Below are positions 1 to 9,773 of a stretch of 28,629 bases of DNA, one piece after another. The DNA is taken from contig JAHIEB010000039.1 of the NCBI GenBank assembly GCA_018894075.1, positions 1-28,629 on the forward strand, given 5' to 3'. Within the stretch, counting starts at the first letter, position 1. Each line of letters begins with the position of its first letter. This DNA is from Patescibacteria group bacterium (GTDB taxonomy: Bacteria; Patescibacteriota; Minisyncoccia; Minisyncoccales; Staskawiczbacteraceae). A program made the translations under genes and the position numbers. The notes below the pieces were generated by a model. The model saw nothing but the letters and a program-made list of their open reading frames with translations. It ran no database searches and was not told the DNA's origin.

Positions 1-48
1 ACGGATGAGGAGCTCCAAGCTCTAAAAGAACACATAGGTCGCTCATAA
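1..48 (+). CDS. 3' end of an upstream ORF (TDEELQALKEHIGRS*), truncated by the window edge
   Basis: Open frame from base 1 to TAA at 46-48, overlapped by a terminator-like hairpin. Confidence 0.5.
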   Translation, partial: TDEELQALKEHIGRS

Positions 49-62
49 GAGTGGCCTTTTTC
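36..62 (+). terminator. Intrinsic terminator
   Basis: AGGTCGCTC-ATAA-GAGTGGCCT stem (two G-U pairs) followed by a T run. Confidence 0.7.
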
Positions 63-91
63 TTGACAAAACCCAGATATTTTTCTAAACT
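63..91 (+). promoter_or_regulatory. Sigma70-type promoter for the nusA operon
   Basis: TTGACA (63-68), 17 nt spacer, TAAACT (86-91). Confidence 0.75.
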
Positions 92-112
92 AGAATTAAA
101 CAGATATCCAAG

Positions 113-140
113 AAGTCCGCTTGATTGTCGGGCTTTTTTT
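113..140 (+). promoter_or_regulatory. Terminator-like hairpin in the nusA 5' leader (candidate attenuator)
   Basis: AAGTCCGC-TTGATT-G(T)CGGGCTT plus T tract, between the promoter and ATG 147. Confidence 0.6.
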
Positions 141-146
141 AAAAAT

Positions 147-1298
147 ATGGAAATAGACATAAAAGGCTTTCAAAGAGCTCTCAGCCAAATTGCCCAAGAA
201 AGAGGCATTCCGGCTGAGAAGATTATTGAGACCATAGAAGCAGCCATGGCTACTGCTTACAAAAAAGATTATGGCCAAAAAGGGCAGAAGATTAAGGCCA
301 AGTTCAATCCTGTTTCAGGGGCTGTGAAGTTTTGGCAGGTGAAGCTTGTCGTAGATAAAGACATGCTTTATACCGAAGAAGAGATAGAAAAACTGAAAGA
401 GGAAAAAGAATTGCCTGCCGTAGAGGCTTCAGAGCCAGAAGAAGGAAAAAAGATAGTCTTTAACCCTGAAAAGCACATAATGCTCGAGGACGTAAAGGAG
501 AAGAAGTTGAAAGCTGGAGACGAACTGGAAATCCCCTTAGAGGCAAAGACTGATTACGGAAGAATTGCAGCCCAGACCGCAAAACAGGTTATTCTGCAGA
601 AGATAAGAGAAGTCGAAAAAGAAACTATCTTTGGAGAGTATAAGGAGAGAGAGGGCGAGATTACTTCAGGCGTCGTCCAAAGAGTAGAGGGCCACACTAT
701 TTTTATAGATATCGGCAAGACATTGGGGATTTTATGCAAGGAAGAGCAAATTCCAGGAGAGTTCTACAGGCCGGGGCAAAGGCTGAAGTTCTATATCTTA
801 AAAGTTGATGAGACTCCCAAAGGCCCTGCTGTCATGCTCTCCCGCGCATATCCTAAATTAATTTCAAAGCTATTTGAATTAGAAGTTCCTGAAATCCCGT
901 CAGGTGCAGTTGTGATAAAAGCCATTGCCAGAGAGCCTGGGTTTAGGACAAAGGTTGCGGTTTTCTCAACCGAGGAAGGCATTGACCCTATCGGAAGCTG
1001 CGTTGGACAGAGAGGGACAAGGATTATGGCTGTTATAAACGAGCTGGGAGGAGAGAAAATTGACGTAGTTGAATGGCAGGAGGATCCAGCCAAATTCATT
1101 ACCAACGCGCTGGCTCCAGCTAAAATAATGAGCGTTGAAATTGATAAAAAAAATACAGCTAAAGTCACTGTTCCTTCGGATCAATTATCACTAGCCATCG
1201 GAAAAGACGGCAGAAACGTCAGGCTGGCTGCCAGTTTGACTGGATGGAAAATAGATATTGAAGGAGGAGAGGGGGCAGTCGAAGAAACTAATAATTAA
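147..1298 (+). CDS. nusA: Transcription termination/antitermination factor NusA
   Basis: [14 protein letters not shown]1 domain and KH motifs ([25 protein letters not shown]). Start moved to ATG 147 because the ORF-track start lies upstream of the promoter. Confidence 0.97.
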   Translation: MEIDIKGFQRALSQIAQERGIPAEKIIETIEAAMATAYKKDYGQKGQKIKAKFNPVSGAVKFWQVKLVVDKDMLYTEEEIEKLKEEKELPAVEASEPEEGKKIVFNPEKHIMLEDVKEKKLKAGDELEIPLEAKTDYGRIAAQTAKQVILQKIREVEKETIFGEYKEREGEITSGVVQRVEGHTIFIDIGKTLGILCKEEQIPGEFYRPGQRLKFYILKVDETPKGPAVMLSRAYPKLISKLFELEVPEIPSGAVVIKAIAREPGFRTKVAVFSTEEGIDPIGSCVGQRGTRIMAVINELGGEKIDVVEWQEDPAKFITNALAPAKIMSVEIDKKNTAKVTVPSDQLSLAIGKDGRNVRLAASLTGWKIDIEGGEGAVEETNN

Positions 1299-1303
1299 AA
1301 ACT

Positions 1304-3319
1304 ATGTCGTACATAATTTTGCCAATTGCAATTTCTGTAATAACCATAGGTTTAGTTGTTTTTTTGATAAAAAGAATTCAAAGATTGCCTTCCGGAGACC
1401 AGAAAATGATTGAAATTCAGAAAGCCATCAGAGAGGGAGCCGTTTCTTATCTCAAGAGGCAGTATAAGACTGTTTTCTGGGTGGCCGTAGTTATTGCCCT
1501 TTTATTAATCCTAGTCTACAGCTTAAATACAGGGAGCCTTGCAAGTGGGTTAATAACAGGCATCGGGTTTTTAATCGGAGCTGCCCTTTCTGCTTTTTCA
1601 GGCTTTATCGGCATGATGGTTTCCACTCAAGCAAATGCAAAAGTGGCTGAAGCTGCAAAAAAAGGATTAAAATCCGCTTTGGGCATCTCCTTTACGGGAG
1701 GGTTAGTCACAGGGCTTTTAGTGGTAAGCTTGGGGCTTTTAGCAGTGTCTGGCTTTTACTTTCTTACAAATGATTTAAAACCCTTGATTGCTTTAGGGTT
1801 TGGAGCGAGTTTAATTTCCGTCTTTGCTAGAATCGGCGGGGGGATTTATACAAAAGCAGCTGACATAGGGGCTGACTTGGTGGGCAAGGTGGAGCAGGGA
1901 ATCCCTGAAGACGATCCGAGAAATCCGGCTGTTATTGCAGACCTGGTTGGAGACAATGTCGGGGATTGTGCGGGCATGGCAGCTGACATATTTGAAACAT
2001 ACGTAGTGACGATAATCGCTACAATGATTTTGGGAGCCTTGCTCTTTCCTGCTTATCCTCAATTTGTAATGCTTCCCTTGGTATTAAGTTCAATCGCCAT
2101 TATTGCTTCTGTGGTCGGAAGTTTGTTTGTCAAGCTTTCTGAAAAGGGCAGCATAATGGGTTCTTTGTATAAAGGAATTATTGCCACGGCAGTTTTTGCT
2201 GCTATTGGCTTTTATCCTTTTGTACAAAAGATGGCTTCAATTGAAGGAGTGTCTTCATCAAGCCTGTATGTCTGCTTGTTAATTGGTTTAGCTGTCGCAG
2301 GCGGTATGTTTTTAATAACCGAGTATTATACTTCAAAAAACCACAAGCCAGTCAAGTCAATCGCTTCTGCCTCCCAGACCGGCCATGCTACGAACATAAT
2401 CGCAGGCATTGCTGTCGGATTGAGGTCTACGGGATATCCTATTATTTTAATCTCTGCTGGAATGCTTTTCAGCTTCTGGCTGTCTGGAATCTACGGCATA
2501 GCTCTGTCTGTTTTAGCTATGATATCTTTGGCTGGAATTGTTGTCGGCGTTGATGCTTACGGCCCGATAACAGATAACGCCGGAGGAATTGCCGAAATGT
2601 CAGGATTAAAAGAAGATGTAAGAAAAGTGACCGACGCTTTGGATTCTGTCGGGAATACGACCAAGGCGGTGACAAAAGGATATGCTATTGCCTCTGCCGG
2701 CCTTGCCTCCGTAGTTCTTTTTTCTGCTTATTCCCAAGAATTGATTGATCTTGGAGTTAGGGCCCAGTTCATGCTGAATAATCCAAAGGTAATTGCCGGT
2801 CTGTTTATCGGCGGCCTTCTCCCTTATCTTTTTGCATCTTTGGCAATGAGCTCTGTTGGAAGAGCGGCTTCAGGGGTCGTGGACGAGGTAAGAAGGCAGT
2901 TTAGGGAAATAAAGGGACTAATGGAAGGAACTGCAAAAGCTGAATATGGAAAATGCGTGGATATAGTGACAAAGTCGGCAATCAAAGAAATGATTCTGCC
3001 AGCCCTAATACCTGTTTTAGCTCCTGTTTTAGTAGGATCTATCTTGGGGGTAGAGGCTCTGGGAGGGTTATTGATCGGTTGTATAGTCACTGGACTATTT
3101 GTCGGAATATCTATGACAACAGGCGGAGCCGCCTGGGATAATTCAAAAAAATATATAGAAGACGGCAATTTCGGGGGAAAGGGTTCTCCTGCCCATCAGG
3201 CTGCAGTCACTGGAGATACTGTGGGAGATCCGTATAAAGATACAGCAGGGCCTGCCATAAACCCTATGATTAAAGTAATAAACATAGTCGCTCTTCTTAT
3301 AGTCGCGTTTTTAGTCTAA
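1304..3319 (+). CDS. hppA: Membrane-bound ion-translocating pyrophosphatase, K+-independent signature
   Basis: [62 protein letters not shown]; many hydrophobic helices. Confidence 0.97.
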   Translation: MSYIILPIAISVITIGLVVFLIKRIQRLPSGDQKMIEIQKAIREGAVSYLKRQYKTVFWVAVVIALLLILVYSLNTGSLASGLITGIGFLIGAALSAFSGFIGMMVSTQANAKVAEAAKKGLKSALGISFTGGLVTGLLVVSLGLLAVSGFYFLTNDLKPLIALGFGASLISVFARIGGGIYTKAADIGADLVGKVEQGIPEDDPRNPAVIADLVGDNVGDCAGMAADIFETYVVTIIATMILGALLFPAYPQFVMLPLVLSSIAIIASVVGSLFVKLSEKGSIMGSLYKGIIATAVFAAIGFYPFVQKMASIEGVSSSSLYVCLLIGLAVAGGMFLITEYYTSKNHKPVKSIASASQTGHATNIIAGIAVGLRSTGYPIILISAGMLFSFWLSGIYGIALSVLAMISLAGIVVGVDAYGPITDNAGGIAEMSGLKEDVRKVTDALDSVGNTTKAVTKGYAIASAGLASVVLFSAYSQELIDLGVRAQFMLNNPKVIAGLFIGGLLPYLFASLAMSSVGRAASGVVDEVRRQFREIKGLMEGTAKAEYGKCVDIVTKSAIKEMILPALIPVLAPVLVGSILGVEALGGLLIGCIVTGLFVGISMTTGGAAWDNSKKYIEDGNFGGKGSPAHQAAVTGDTVGDPYKDTAGPAINPMIKVINIVALLIVAFLV

Positions 3320-4581
3320 TGGAATTAAAAAAACTGCCTGATTCTCAAATTGAGCTGGAAATTGAGGTTTCAGCAGAAGAATTAGACCATCACTACAAAC
3401 ATGCCCTAGAGCATGCCAGAGAGCATGTCCAGGCCGATGGTTTCAGAAAAGGAAACGCCCCTAATTCTATTGTGGAAAGTAAAATTGGATCCGAACATCT
3501 TTTAGCAGATGCTGCTGATTTTGCGGTGAAAGACGCTTATTCTAAAGCAATAAAAGAGCATGGTTTAGAGCCCATTGGCCATCCTGAAATACAGATTTTG
3601 AAATTAGCCAAAGGAAACCCATTTCTGTTCAAGCTCAAAGTATCTGTCTTGCCGGATGTCAAATTGCCAGACTATAAAAAGATAGCTGAAAAAGCAGAAA
3701 GGCAAAAGGTTTCTGTTTCAGAGGACGAGATAGAAAATACTTTAAATTACGTCAGAAAATCCAGAGCCAAATTCACTGCATCGAATAAGCCGGCTGAATT
3801 AAAGGATTTTATTGAAATAGAGTATGAGAGCCCTCAAATCATATCTTCGGGCAGGACCAAAGATCAATTCGCCCTCGGGGAAGGGGGGTTTGTAAAGGGT
3901 TTCGAGGAAAATATTATCGGAATGAATAATGGGGAAGAAAAAGAATTCAAGGTTCCTTTTCCAAAAGATTATATAAAAAAGGACTTGGCTGGCAAAGATG
4001 TCCAGTTCAAGCTAAAGGTTTTAAGCATTCAAAATGTGGAACTGCCCGAGCTAACTGATGAATTTGCCAAATCTTTGGGTAAATTCGATAACTTAGATGC
4101 CGTTAGGAAGAACATCAAAGATGGCTTAACACTGGAGAAAGAAGCTGAAAGCAGACAAAAGACCAGACTATATATCCTAGATAGCATTGCCAAAGACTCC
4201 AAGGTTCAGATTCCGCAGCCTTTGGTTGATTTTGAAAAGAATAATTTGTTTAACGCATTCAAAGACAAGATTACCCACGATCACAACGTTTTATGGGAGA
4301 AATACTTAGAATCTGTGAAGCAAAACGACCAATCCCTGAAAGAAACTTTTAATAAAGAGGCGGAAAGGAAAGTTAAAAGCTTTCTTATTCTCCGAGAGAT
4401 AGGGAAGAAAGAAAACATCTTTGTTGCAGACGAGGAATTGGAAAAGGAGGTAAACCAGACCCTAAGGCGTTATCCGAAAGAAGCAGCAGAGAAGATTGAC
4501 ATTCAAGAGCTCAAAGAGTATACTAAGGGAGTAATATACAACGAAAAGGTCTTTTTGAAATTAGAGAGTTTTATTAAGTAA
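3319..4581 (+). CDS. tig: Trigger factor
   Basis: DGFRKGNAP ribosome-binding loop, FKBP-like [16 protein letters not shown] segment, upstream of clpP. Confidence 0.95.
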   Translation: MELKKLPDSQIELEIEVSAEELDHHYKHALEHAREHVQADGFRKGNAPNSIVESKIGSEHLLADAADFAVKDAYSKAIKEHGLEPIGHPEIQILKLAKGNPFLFKLKVSVLPDVKLPDYKKIAEKAERQKVSVSEDEIENTLNYVRKSRAKFTASNKPAELKDFIEIEYESPQIISSGRTKDQFALGEGGFVKGFEENIIGMNNGEEKEFKVPFPKDYIKKDLAGKDVQFKLKVLSIQNVELPELTDEFAKSLGKFDNLDAVRKNIKDGLTLEKEAESRQKTRLYILDSIAKDSKVQIPQPLVDFEKNNLFNAFKDKITHDHNVLWEKYLESVKQNDQSLKETFNKEAERKVKSFLILREIGKKENIFVADEELEKEVNQTLRRYPKEAAEKIDIQELKEYTKGVIYNEKVFLKLESFIK

Positions 4582-5165
4582 TGCCAATAGTTCCAACTAT
4601 TGTCGAAAAATCGCAACGCGGAGAGCGTGTGTACGATATATTTTCCAGACTCCTTGAAGAGAGGATAATTTTTCTTGCAGGACAGGTAAATGATGCTAAC
4701 GCCAATGTGGTGATAGCTCAAATTTTGTATCTGGCCTCAAGAGACGCGAAAAGAGACATCAAACTCTACGTTAATAGCCCAGGAGGATCTGTGACTGCAG
4801 GGCTGGCAATTTACGATACAATGCAGTACGTAAAGTGCCCGGTATCCACTATTTGCGTAGGTTTGGCTGGCTCTATGGGAGCCATACTTTTGGGCGCAGG
4901 AAGAAAAGGAAAGAGGTTTGCCCTGCCCAATGCCGAGATTATGCTCCACCAGGTGGCAGGAGGAGTATCTGGGCAGGCATCAGAGATAGAAATTACAGCA
5001 AAGCAGATATTAAAGCTTAAAGGAAATCTTAATAAGATTTTGGTTAAGCATACAGGACAGCCATTAGATAAAATCGAGAGAGATACAGACCGAGATTTCT
5101 ATCTATCTGCCCAGGAAGCGAAAGAGTACGGCTTAATTGATGATGTAATCGGAGTTAAAGAGTAG
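4581..5165 (+). CDS. clpP: ATP-dependent Clp protease proteolytic subunit
   Basis: [26 protein letters not shown], catalytic GSMG, MLHQ and DRD motifs. Confidence 0.98.
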   Translation: MPIVPTIVEKSQRGERVYDIFSRLLEERIIFLAGQVNDANANVVIAQILYLASRDAKRDIKLYVNSPGGSVTAGLAIYDTMQYVKCPVSTICVGLAGSMGAILLGAGRKGKRFALPNAEIMLHQVAGGVSGQASEIEITAKQILKLKGNLNKILVKHTGQPLDKIERDTDRDFYLSAQEAKEYGLIDDVIGVKE

Positions 5166-5193
5166 TCTTCGGAAAAATATCTTTATACACATA

Positions 5194-5218
5194 ACTCACT
5201 GCGCTGGGTGAGTGTTTT
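5194..5218 (+). terminator. Hairpin plus T run between clpP and rny
   Basis: ACTCACT-GCGCTG-GGTGAGT-GTTTT. Confidence 0.5.
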
Positions 5219-5232
5219 ATTGGAAAAAATAT

Positions 5233-6762
5233 ATGAATTTATTAATCTCATTGGCAGTTCTTATATCCTCCCTTATTTTGGGAACGGTTGGAGGATATTT
5301 GGCTCGCCAATCATTAGTTAAAAAAAGAGCCGGTACAATCGAAGCCAGGTTAGATAAAAAGATGGAGCAGGTAAAGCACGAAAGCGCTATCCTGCTCAGG
5401 AATGCCCAAGACAAAGCAGCTTTGGTTATAAAACAGGCAGAGAAAGAGATAGATGACAGAAGAAGGGATTTTCTCAAGTCCCAGCAGATTCTTTTAGACA
5501 GAGAGCATCTTTTGGATAAAAAGATATCTACTTTTGAGGAAAATGAAGAGGATTTCAAGCAAAGGGTTGAAAAGCTTAGGGTGATGAAAGACGATTTAGA
5601 CCAATTAAGAAAAGAGGCAGAAGAAAAGCTAGAAAAAGTGTCTAAAATATCAAGAGAGGAAGCAAAAAAAGAATTATTGGGCCTTGTTGAAATAGAGGCT
5701 CAAAGAGAGCTGATGGAAAGGGAAAGAAAGATAAAAGAAACAGGAATGGAAAAGCTGGAAAAAAAGGCTAAAGAGATTTTGGCCTTAGCTATTCAAAAAT
5801 GCGCGGTCTCGCAGGTTCAGGAATTAACCACAACCAGTTTAATAATCCAGAATGAAGATGTTAAGGGGAAGATTATAGGAAAAGAGGGAAGGAATATAAG
5901 GGCCTTTGAGAGATTGACCGGTGTGGAGCTTATAGTTGACGAGACTCCGGATTCAGTGGTCATCTCAAGCTTTAATCCCATAAGAAGGCAGATAGCAAAA
6001 ATCGCCCTAGATAAGCTTATCCAGGACGGAAGAATCCAGCCCGCTAAAATAGAGGAGAAGGTGGAGGAAGCAAAAGCAGAGGTTGCTTCAAAAGTAAGAG
6101 AATCCGGAGAGAAAGCTATTTACGACGCAGGAATTGTCGGAGCTGACGACAAAATGGTCCAGCTTTTAGGAAGGCTACACTACAGGACAAGCTATGGACA
6201 AAATGTGCTGACGCATTCAATTGAAGTGGCATTTTTAGCTGAAGCAATTGCTGATGAAATAGGGGCCAATAGCCAGCTGGCAAAGAGAGCGGGATTATTC
6301 CATGACATTGGAAAAGCAGTTGACCATCAAATACAAGGATCCCACGTTGATATTGGAATTAAGATTCTCCAGAAGTTCGGAGAGTCAGAAGAAGTGATTA
6401 AAGCGATGAAAGCGCATCACGAAGAATATCCTGCAGAGATATTGGAAGCTGTAATAGTTAGGACAGCAGATGCAATATCTGGAGCAAGGCCGGGAGCCAG
6501 GAAAGACAGTCTGGAAAACTATCTCCAAAGATTAAGGGAGCTGGAAGACATTGCCAACAAATTCAACGGTGTAGACAGGTCTTATGCTATTCAGGCAGGC
6601 AGAGAGATAAGGGTATTTGTCAAAGCTGACAAAGTGGACGATCTTGGAACCCAGAGACTGGCCAAACAAATTGCAGAAAAGATTGAGGAAGACTTAAAAT
6701 ATCCGGGAGAGATAAAAGTAGTGGCAATAAGAGAAAACAGGATAGTAGAATACGCACGATAA
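5233..6762 (+). CDS. rny: Ribonuclease Y
   Basis: N-terminal TM helix, coiled coil, KH (KGKIIGKEGRNIRAFE), HD domain (FHDIGKA), C-terminal AIQAGREIRV; ATG 5233 preferred. Confidence 0.97.
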   Translation: MNLLISLAVLISSLILGTVGGYLARQSLVKKRAGTIEARLDKKMEQVKHESAILLRNAQDKAALVIKQAEKEIDDRRRDFLKSQQILLDREHLLDKKISTFEENEEDFKQRVEKLRVMKDDLDQLRKEAEEKLEKVSKISREEAKKELLGLVEIEAQRELMERERKIKETGMEKLEKKAKEILALAIQKCAVSQVQELTTTSLIIQNEDVKGKIIGKEGRNIRAFERLTGVELIVDETPDSVVISSFNPIRRQIAKIALDKLIQDGRIQPAKIEEKVEEAKAEVASKVRESGEKAIYDAGIVGADDKMVQLLGRLHYRTSYGQNVLTHSIEVAFLAEAIADEIGANSQLAKRAGLFHDIGKAVDHQIQGSHVDIGIKILQKFGESEEVIKAMKAHHEEYPAEILEAVIVRTADAISGARPGARKDSLENYLQRLRELEDIANKFNGVDRSYAIQAGREIRVFVKADKVDDLGTQRLAKQIAEKIEEDLKYPGEIKVVAIRENRIVEYAR

Positions 6763-6763
6763 T

Positions 6764-7174
6764 CTAGTTTATCTCAATCACATCGCCCTCTGTCAAACTA
6801 ATTGTGCCTGCTTTGAACTCAAGCGCATATTTAGCTTTTATGCCTGGATTGATTAGCTGTTCATTTTTCGGCTCTGTATTTCTGGAAACAAAGACAACCT
6901 CTTTTTGTTCATTAATCCAAAAGATATCTAAAGAGACATAAGTATTCTTCATCCAGAAAGGATAAACGCCTTCTTTGGGAAAGATAAAAAGCATTCCTTC
7001 ATTCACCTCTTTCCTAAACATCAATCCCAGCTGTATTTTGACAGCATTGTCGGCAATTTCTACCCGAAAACAACTGTCGTTAAAACAGACTTCAGCAGTT
7101 TGTTTTTTAAAAAACAAAAATACAGCTAAAACTGCGGTAGCTGTTAGAAGAATGATAAGAATAGTTTTTCTCAT
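6764..7174 (-). CDS. DUF192 family protein with N-terminal anchor
   Basis: GLMFR, GMLFIF and FWMKNT motifs; MRKTILIILL start at 7174. Confidence 0.85.
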   Translation of the reverse strand: MRKTILIILLTATAVLAVFLFFKKQTAEVCFNDSCFRVEIADNAVKIQLGLMFRKEVNEGMLFIFPKEGVYPFWMKNTYVSLDIFWINEQKEVVFVSRNTEPKNEQLINPGIKAKYALEFKAGTISLTEGDVIEIN

Positions 7175-7301
7175 TGGAGCGGGATAGTGGATGACATTAG
7201 AACCTATTGGCAAACAACTACCGAGCGTTTCTTTATTCCAAGTTTAACATTGGAGAAGGCTAAAATCAATTAGATTGCTTGTCATAATATTGTTTTGGAA
7301 T

Positions 7302-7335
7302 AAAAAAAGCTCTCGCACAGTTGCGCGAAAGCTTT
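7302..7335 (-). terminator. Intrinsic terminator downstream of the RNase III-like gene
   Basis: Minus strand AAAGCTTTCGCGCA-ACTG-TGCGAGAGCTTT (2-nt bulge) then T run. Confidence 0.6.
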
Positions 7336-7365
7336 GGAAATCGGTCTCTACCGATCTTTGATTGT

Positions 7366-8025
7366 CTATTTTGTAAGCTCTTGGACAGCTTTTTGTGCCG
7401 CGACCTTCTCCGCTTCTTTCTTTGTCGGTCCCTCTCCCTGTGCCAATAGCTGGTTGCTAGAGTATACGCCGACAGTAAAAACCAAATTGTTCATGGGACC
7501 AGTTGTCCCTATCAGCTCATATCTCGGAGTTATGCCCATCTTTGCCTGCATTATTTCCTGTAATTGGCTTTTTGGATCTTTTACAACCTCTCCGCTGATC
7601 CTGGCAAACAGGAATTTCTTGGCGAACTCTTCAAAGGCGAAGTATCCGCCGTCCAAAAGGATGGCCCCCATTAACGCTTGTACGGCAGTCTCAAGCGCCG
7701 TTTGGAATCCTGCGTTATAAACACCTTCCGATCGTAAGCCATCTGGAACGGAAATGTGCCTCTTAATGTTCAGAGACGAAGCTATTTCCGCTAAAGCGGA
7801 TTTGGTGCACACGCCATCTCTCATCTTACTCATCTTGCCGGGTGTATCAAGATGGTGTGTGAACAACTCCTTGGCCAAAACAAACTGCGCGGCCGCTGAA
7901 CCCAGAAATGCAAGCGCCCCATTGCTTTTCCTTCCCTCATTGGCGTGGGTAAGCGCTTCTATCAGCAAATCCCTGTTTGTAAAAGTATATCCAATTGCAT
8001 CTTGCAGAGCCGAAAGATTAGCCAT
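7366..8025 (-). CDS. rnc: RNase III family protein (RIIID plus dsRBD) with degenerate catalytic residues
   Basis: LQDAIGYTF..DLLIEALTH, NGALAFLGS (vs NERLEFLGD), LETAVQALMGAILLD (vs LADTVEALIGGVFLD), dsRBD DPKSQLQE..GEGPTKKEAEKVAA; AGGAG SD 7 nt before ATG 8025. Confidence 0.88.
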   Translation of the reverse strand: MANLSALQDAIGYTFTNRDLLIEALTHANEGRKSNGALAFLGSAAAQFVLAKELFTHHLDTPGKMSKMRDGVCTKSALAEIASSLNIKRHISVPDGLRSEGVYNAGFQTALETAVQALMGAILLDGGYFAFEEFAKKFLFARISGEVVKDPKSQLQEIMQAKMGITPRYELIGTTGPMNNLVFTVGVYSSNQLLAQGEGPTKKEAEKVAAQKAVQELTK

Positions 8026-8091
8026 CGCCAGTCTCCTAAAATAGACTTTTTTATTTTCAAATGGTGGAAAACGATTCTCCACCCTGCATAT

Positions 8092-8119
8092 AGTGTATCA
8101 TATTTTTATAATATGTCAA
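8092..8119 (-). promoter_or_regulatory. Sigma70-type promoter for the RNase III-like gene
   Basis: Minus strand TTGACA, 16 nt, TACACT with TGn extension. Confidence 0.65.
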
Positions 8120-8120
8120 C

Positions 8121-8141
8121 CAAAATCGCCCCTTAGGGCGA
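8121..8141 (-). terminator. Terminator after tRNA-Pro/tRNA-Gly
   Basis: Minus strand TCGCCC-TAAG-GGGCGA-TTTTG. Confidence 0.6.
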
Positions 8142-8196
8142 CAGAGGTTCTAACTACACTTACCTGTATGCTAAATTTACGACTATTTTTACGATG

Positions 8197-8267
8197 AGCG
8201 GGTAAGGGGAGTCGAACCCCTCTCATTAGCTTGGAAAGCTAAGGTAATACCGATATACGATACCCGC
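8197..8267 (-). tRNA. tRNA-Gly(TCC)
   Basis: GCGGGTA/TACCCGC acceptor stem, TTCCAA loop, GGTTCGACTCC T arm, U73; CCA not encoded. Confidence 0.95.
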
Positions 8268-8271
8268 GCAT

Positions 8272-8343
8272 TCGGGGTGCTGGGATTCGAACCCAGACTA
8301 AACGCTCCCAAAGCGTTCGTGCTAGCCGTTACACAACACCCCG
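8272..8343 (-). tRNA. tRNA-Pro(TGG)
   Basis: CGGGGTG/CACCCCG acceptor stem, AACGC-TTTGGGA-GCGTT anticodon arm, GGTTCGAATCC. Confidence 0.95.
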
Positions 8344-8353
8344 ACATAAGGAT

Positions 8354-8421
8354 TTTATATCATTTTTATCTGTCTAAGTCAAAAGGAGCACATTGTCTTT
8401 ATCTCGGTTTTATGTTAAAAT
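8354..8421. promoter_or_regulatory. Divergent promoters for the two tRNA pairs
   Basis: Minus: TTGACT (8382-8377), N17, TATAAA. Plus: TTGTCT (8393-8398), N17, TAAAAT (8416-8421). Both have TGn. Confidence 0.65.
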
Positions 8422-8435
8422 CCATAACATGTTCT

Positions 8436-8510
8436 GCCCCCGTAGCTCAATGGACAGAGCAATACCCTTCTAAGGTAAAGATGGGGGTTCGATTCCTCCC
8501 GGGGGCACCA
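8436..8510 (+). tRNA. tRNA-Arg(TCT)
   Basis: GCCCCCG/CGGGGGC acceptor stem, CTTCTAA loop, GGTTCGATTCC, encoded CCA. Confidence 0.95.
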
Positions 8511-8511
8511 T

Positions 8512-8583
8512 GGAGGCCATGGTGTAGTAGTAGCACAAGACTCTGTGGAAGTCTAAGCACGGGTGCAAATCCCGTTGGTCTCC
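8512..8583 (+). tRNA. tRNA-His(GTG)
   Basis: Encoded G-1 and C73, AGACT-CTGTGGA-AGTCT anticodon arm, variant T-loop TGCAAAT. Confidence 0.93.
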
Positions 8584-8604
8584 CAAGCGTGGTATAATTA
8601 GGAT

Positions 8605-8751
8605 ATGGATATAAATTATAGGCTATCAGTTAAATTTTCTTTGGCTGCCGTTATAATAATAGGAGTGCTTTTTATAGCTATTGTGCAGGGATTTCTGCTC
8701 TACTATCAAAAAGACTTAGTTGTTGCAGCAAAGATTTTGCAATCAAACTAA
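8605..8751 (+). CDS. Putative 48-aa single-pass membrane protein (not in the ORF track)
   Basis: MDINYRLSVKFSLAAVIIIGVLFIAIVQGFLLYYQKDLVVAAKILQSN*; TG-G-TATAAT (8590-8598) ends 6 nt before the ATG. Confidence 0.55.
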   Translation: MDINYRLSVKFSLAAVIIIGVLFIAIVQGFLLYYQKDLVVAAKILQSN

Positions 8752-9773
8752 ATCTTTTCTCCCAGCACTGCCTCCAGCGCAATTTCTTGATTTTCTCTCA
8801 ATACTTTTAAGGGGACTTTTTCTCCCACTTTTTTCTTGCTTAAGATATTGACTAAAGGATTCTCGGTCGTTATTTTTTGTCCATGGCACTCCAATATGAT
8901 GTCAAACTCTTTTATCCCTGCTTTATGAGCCGGCGCATTTATAATAACAGGAGGTTCTCCTAATGTTTCTCTTATGACTAATGCCCCGTATTCAACCGGA
9001 AGCTTGTTGGCTTGAGCCATTTCCTTTGAAATAAGAACGTATTTTACTCCCAAGAAAGGAATGATAATCCTGCCGTACTTTTTTACTTCAACTAGATCTT
9101 TCTTTGCATAATTAATGGGAATGGCAAACCCTATATTCTGTGCTCCAGCGACTACGGCTGTATTTATGCCTATCACCTTGCCCTGCATATTTACTAAAGG
9201 TCCTCCTGAATTGCCCGGGTTTATGGCTGCATCGGTCTGAATCAAGCCCCTTAAGTTTTCAGCCTGCTGGCTCAAGCCATTGACGGCTGTTATGTATCTA
9301 GACAACCCTGAAATAATTCCAGATGATAATGTGTCGTGGAACTCTCCCAAAGCATTTCCTATTGCCACCACCCCCTCTCCTATTTGAAGGTTTTTTGAAT
9401 CTCCCAAATCCAAGAAACCAAGATTTTTAGCCTCTACCTTCAAAATGGCGACATCGTTTATCGGGTCTCTGGCCAACACTTTGGCTGGGTATTTTTCTTT
9501 CGGGCCCATAATTACCGTATATTCAGCTGTTGTGTCTGAAACCACATGGTTTGAGGTTAGAACATATCCGTCTTTTGAAACAACAAAGCCAGAGCCTCCG
9601 CCTATCTGCGTTTTTTCATTTAAGGCCGTGTGGTCAAACTTGGGCATCATATAGTCTCTGCCTCCGAATGGATACATATAGTAGCCCTCAATCTTCGGAA
9701 GATCTTTTGATACCACAATAGTAATTACCGCCGGGCAAGATTTCTTTGCTATTTGAACAATTGTTTTAGCCAT
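8748..9773 (-). CDS. htrA: HtrA/DegP-family trypsin-like serine protease with one PDZ domain
   Basis: GGGSGF, LTSNHVV (His), NDVAILK (Asp), DAAINPGNSGGPL (Ser), C-terminal PDZ. Start placed at ATG 9773 below TG-G-TATAAT (9792-9784). Confidence 0.93.
   Translation of the reverse strand: MAKTIVQIAKKSCPAVITIVVSKDLPKIEGYYMYPFGGRDYMMPKFDHTALNEKTQIGGGSGFVVSKDGYVLTSNHVVSDTTAEYTVIMGPKEKYPAKVLARDPINDVAILKVEAKNLGFLDLGDSKNLQIGEGVVAIGNALGEFHDTLSSGIISGLSRYITAVNGLSQQAENLRGLIQTDAAINPGNSGGPLVNMQGKVIGINTAVVAGAQNIGFAIPINYAKKDLVEVKKYGRIIIPFLGVKYVLISKEMAQANKLPVEYGALVIRETLGEPPVIINAPAHKAGIKEFDIILECHGQKITTENPLVNILSKKKVGEKVPLKVLRENQEIALEAVLGEKI

Noticed and set aside
8143-8170. AGAGGTTCTAACTACAC resembling a preQ1-I riboswitch
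   Set aside because: The 3' strand of P1 and the A-rich tail are missing, and no gene lies directly downstream on that strand
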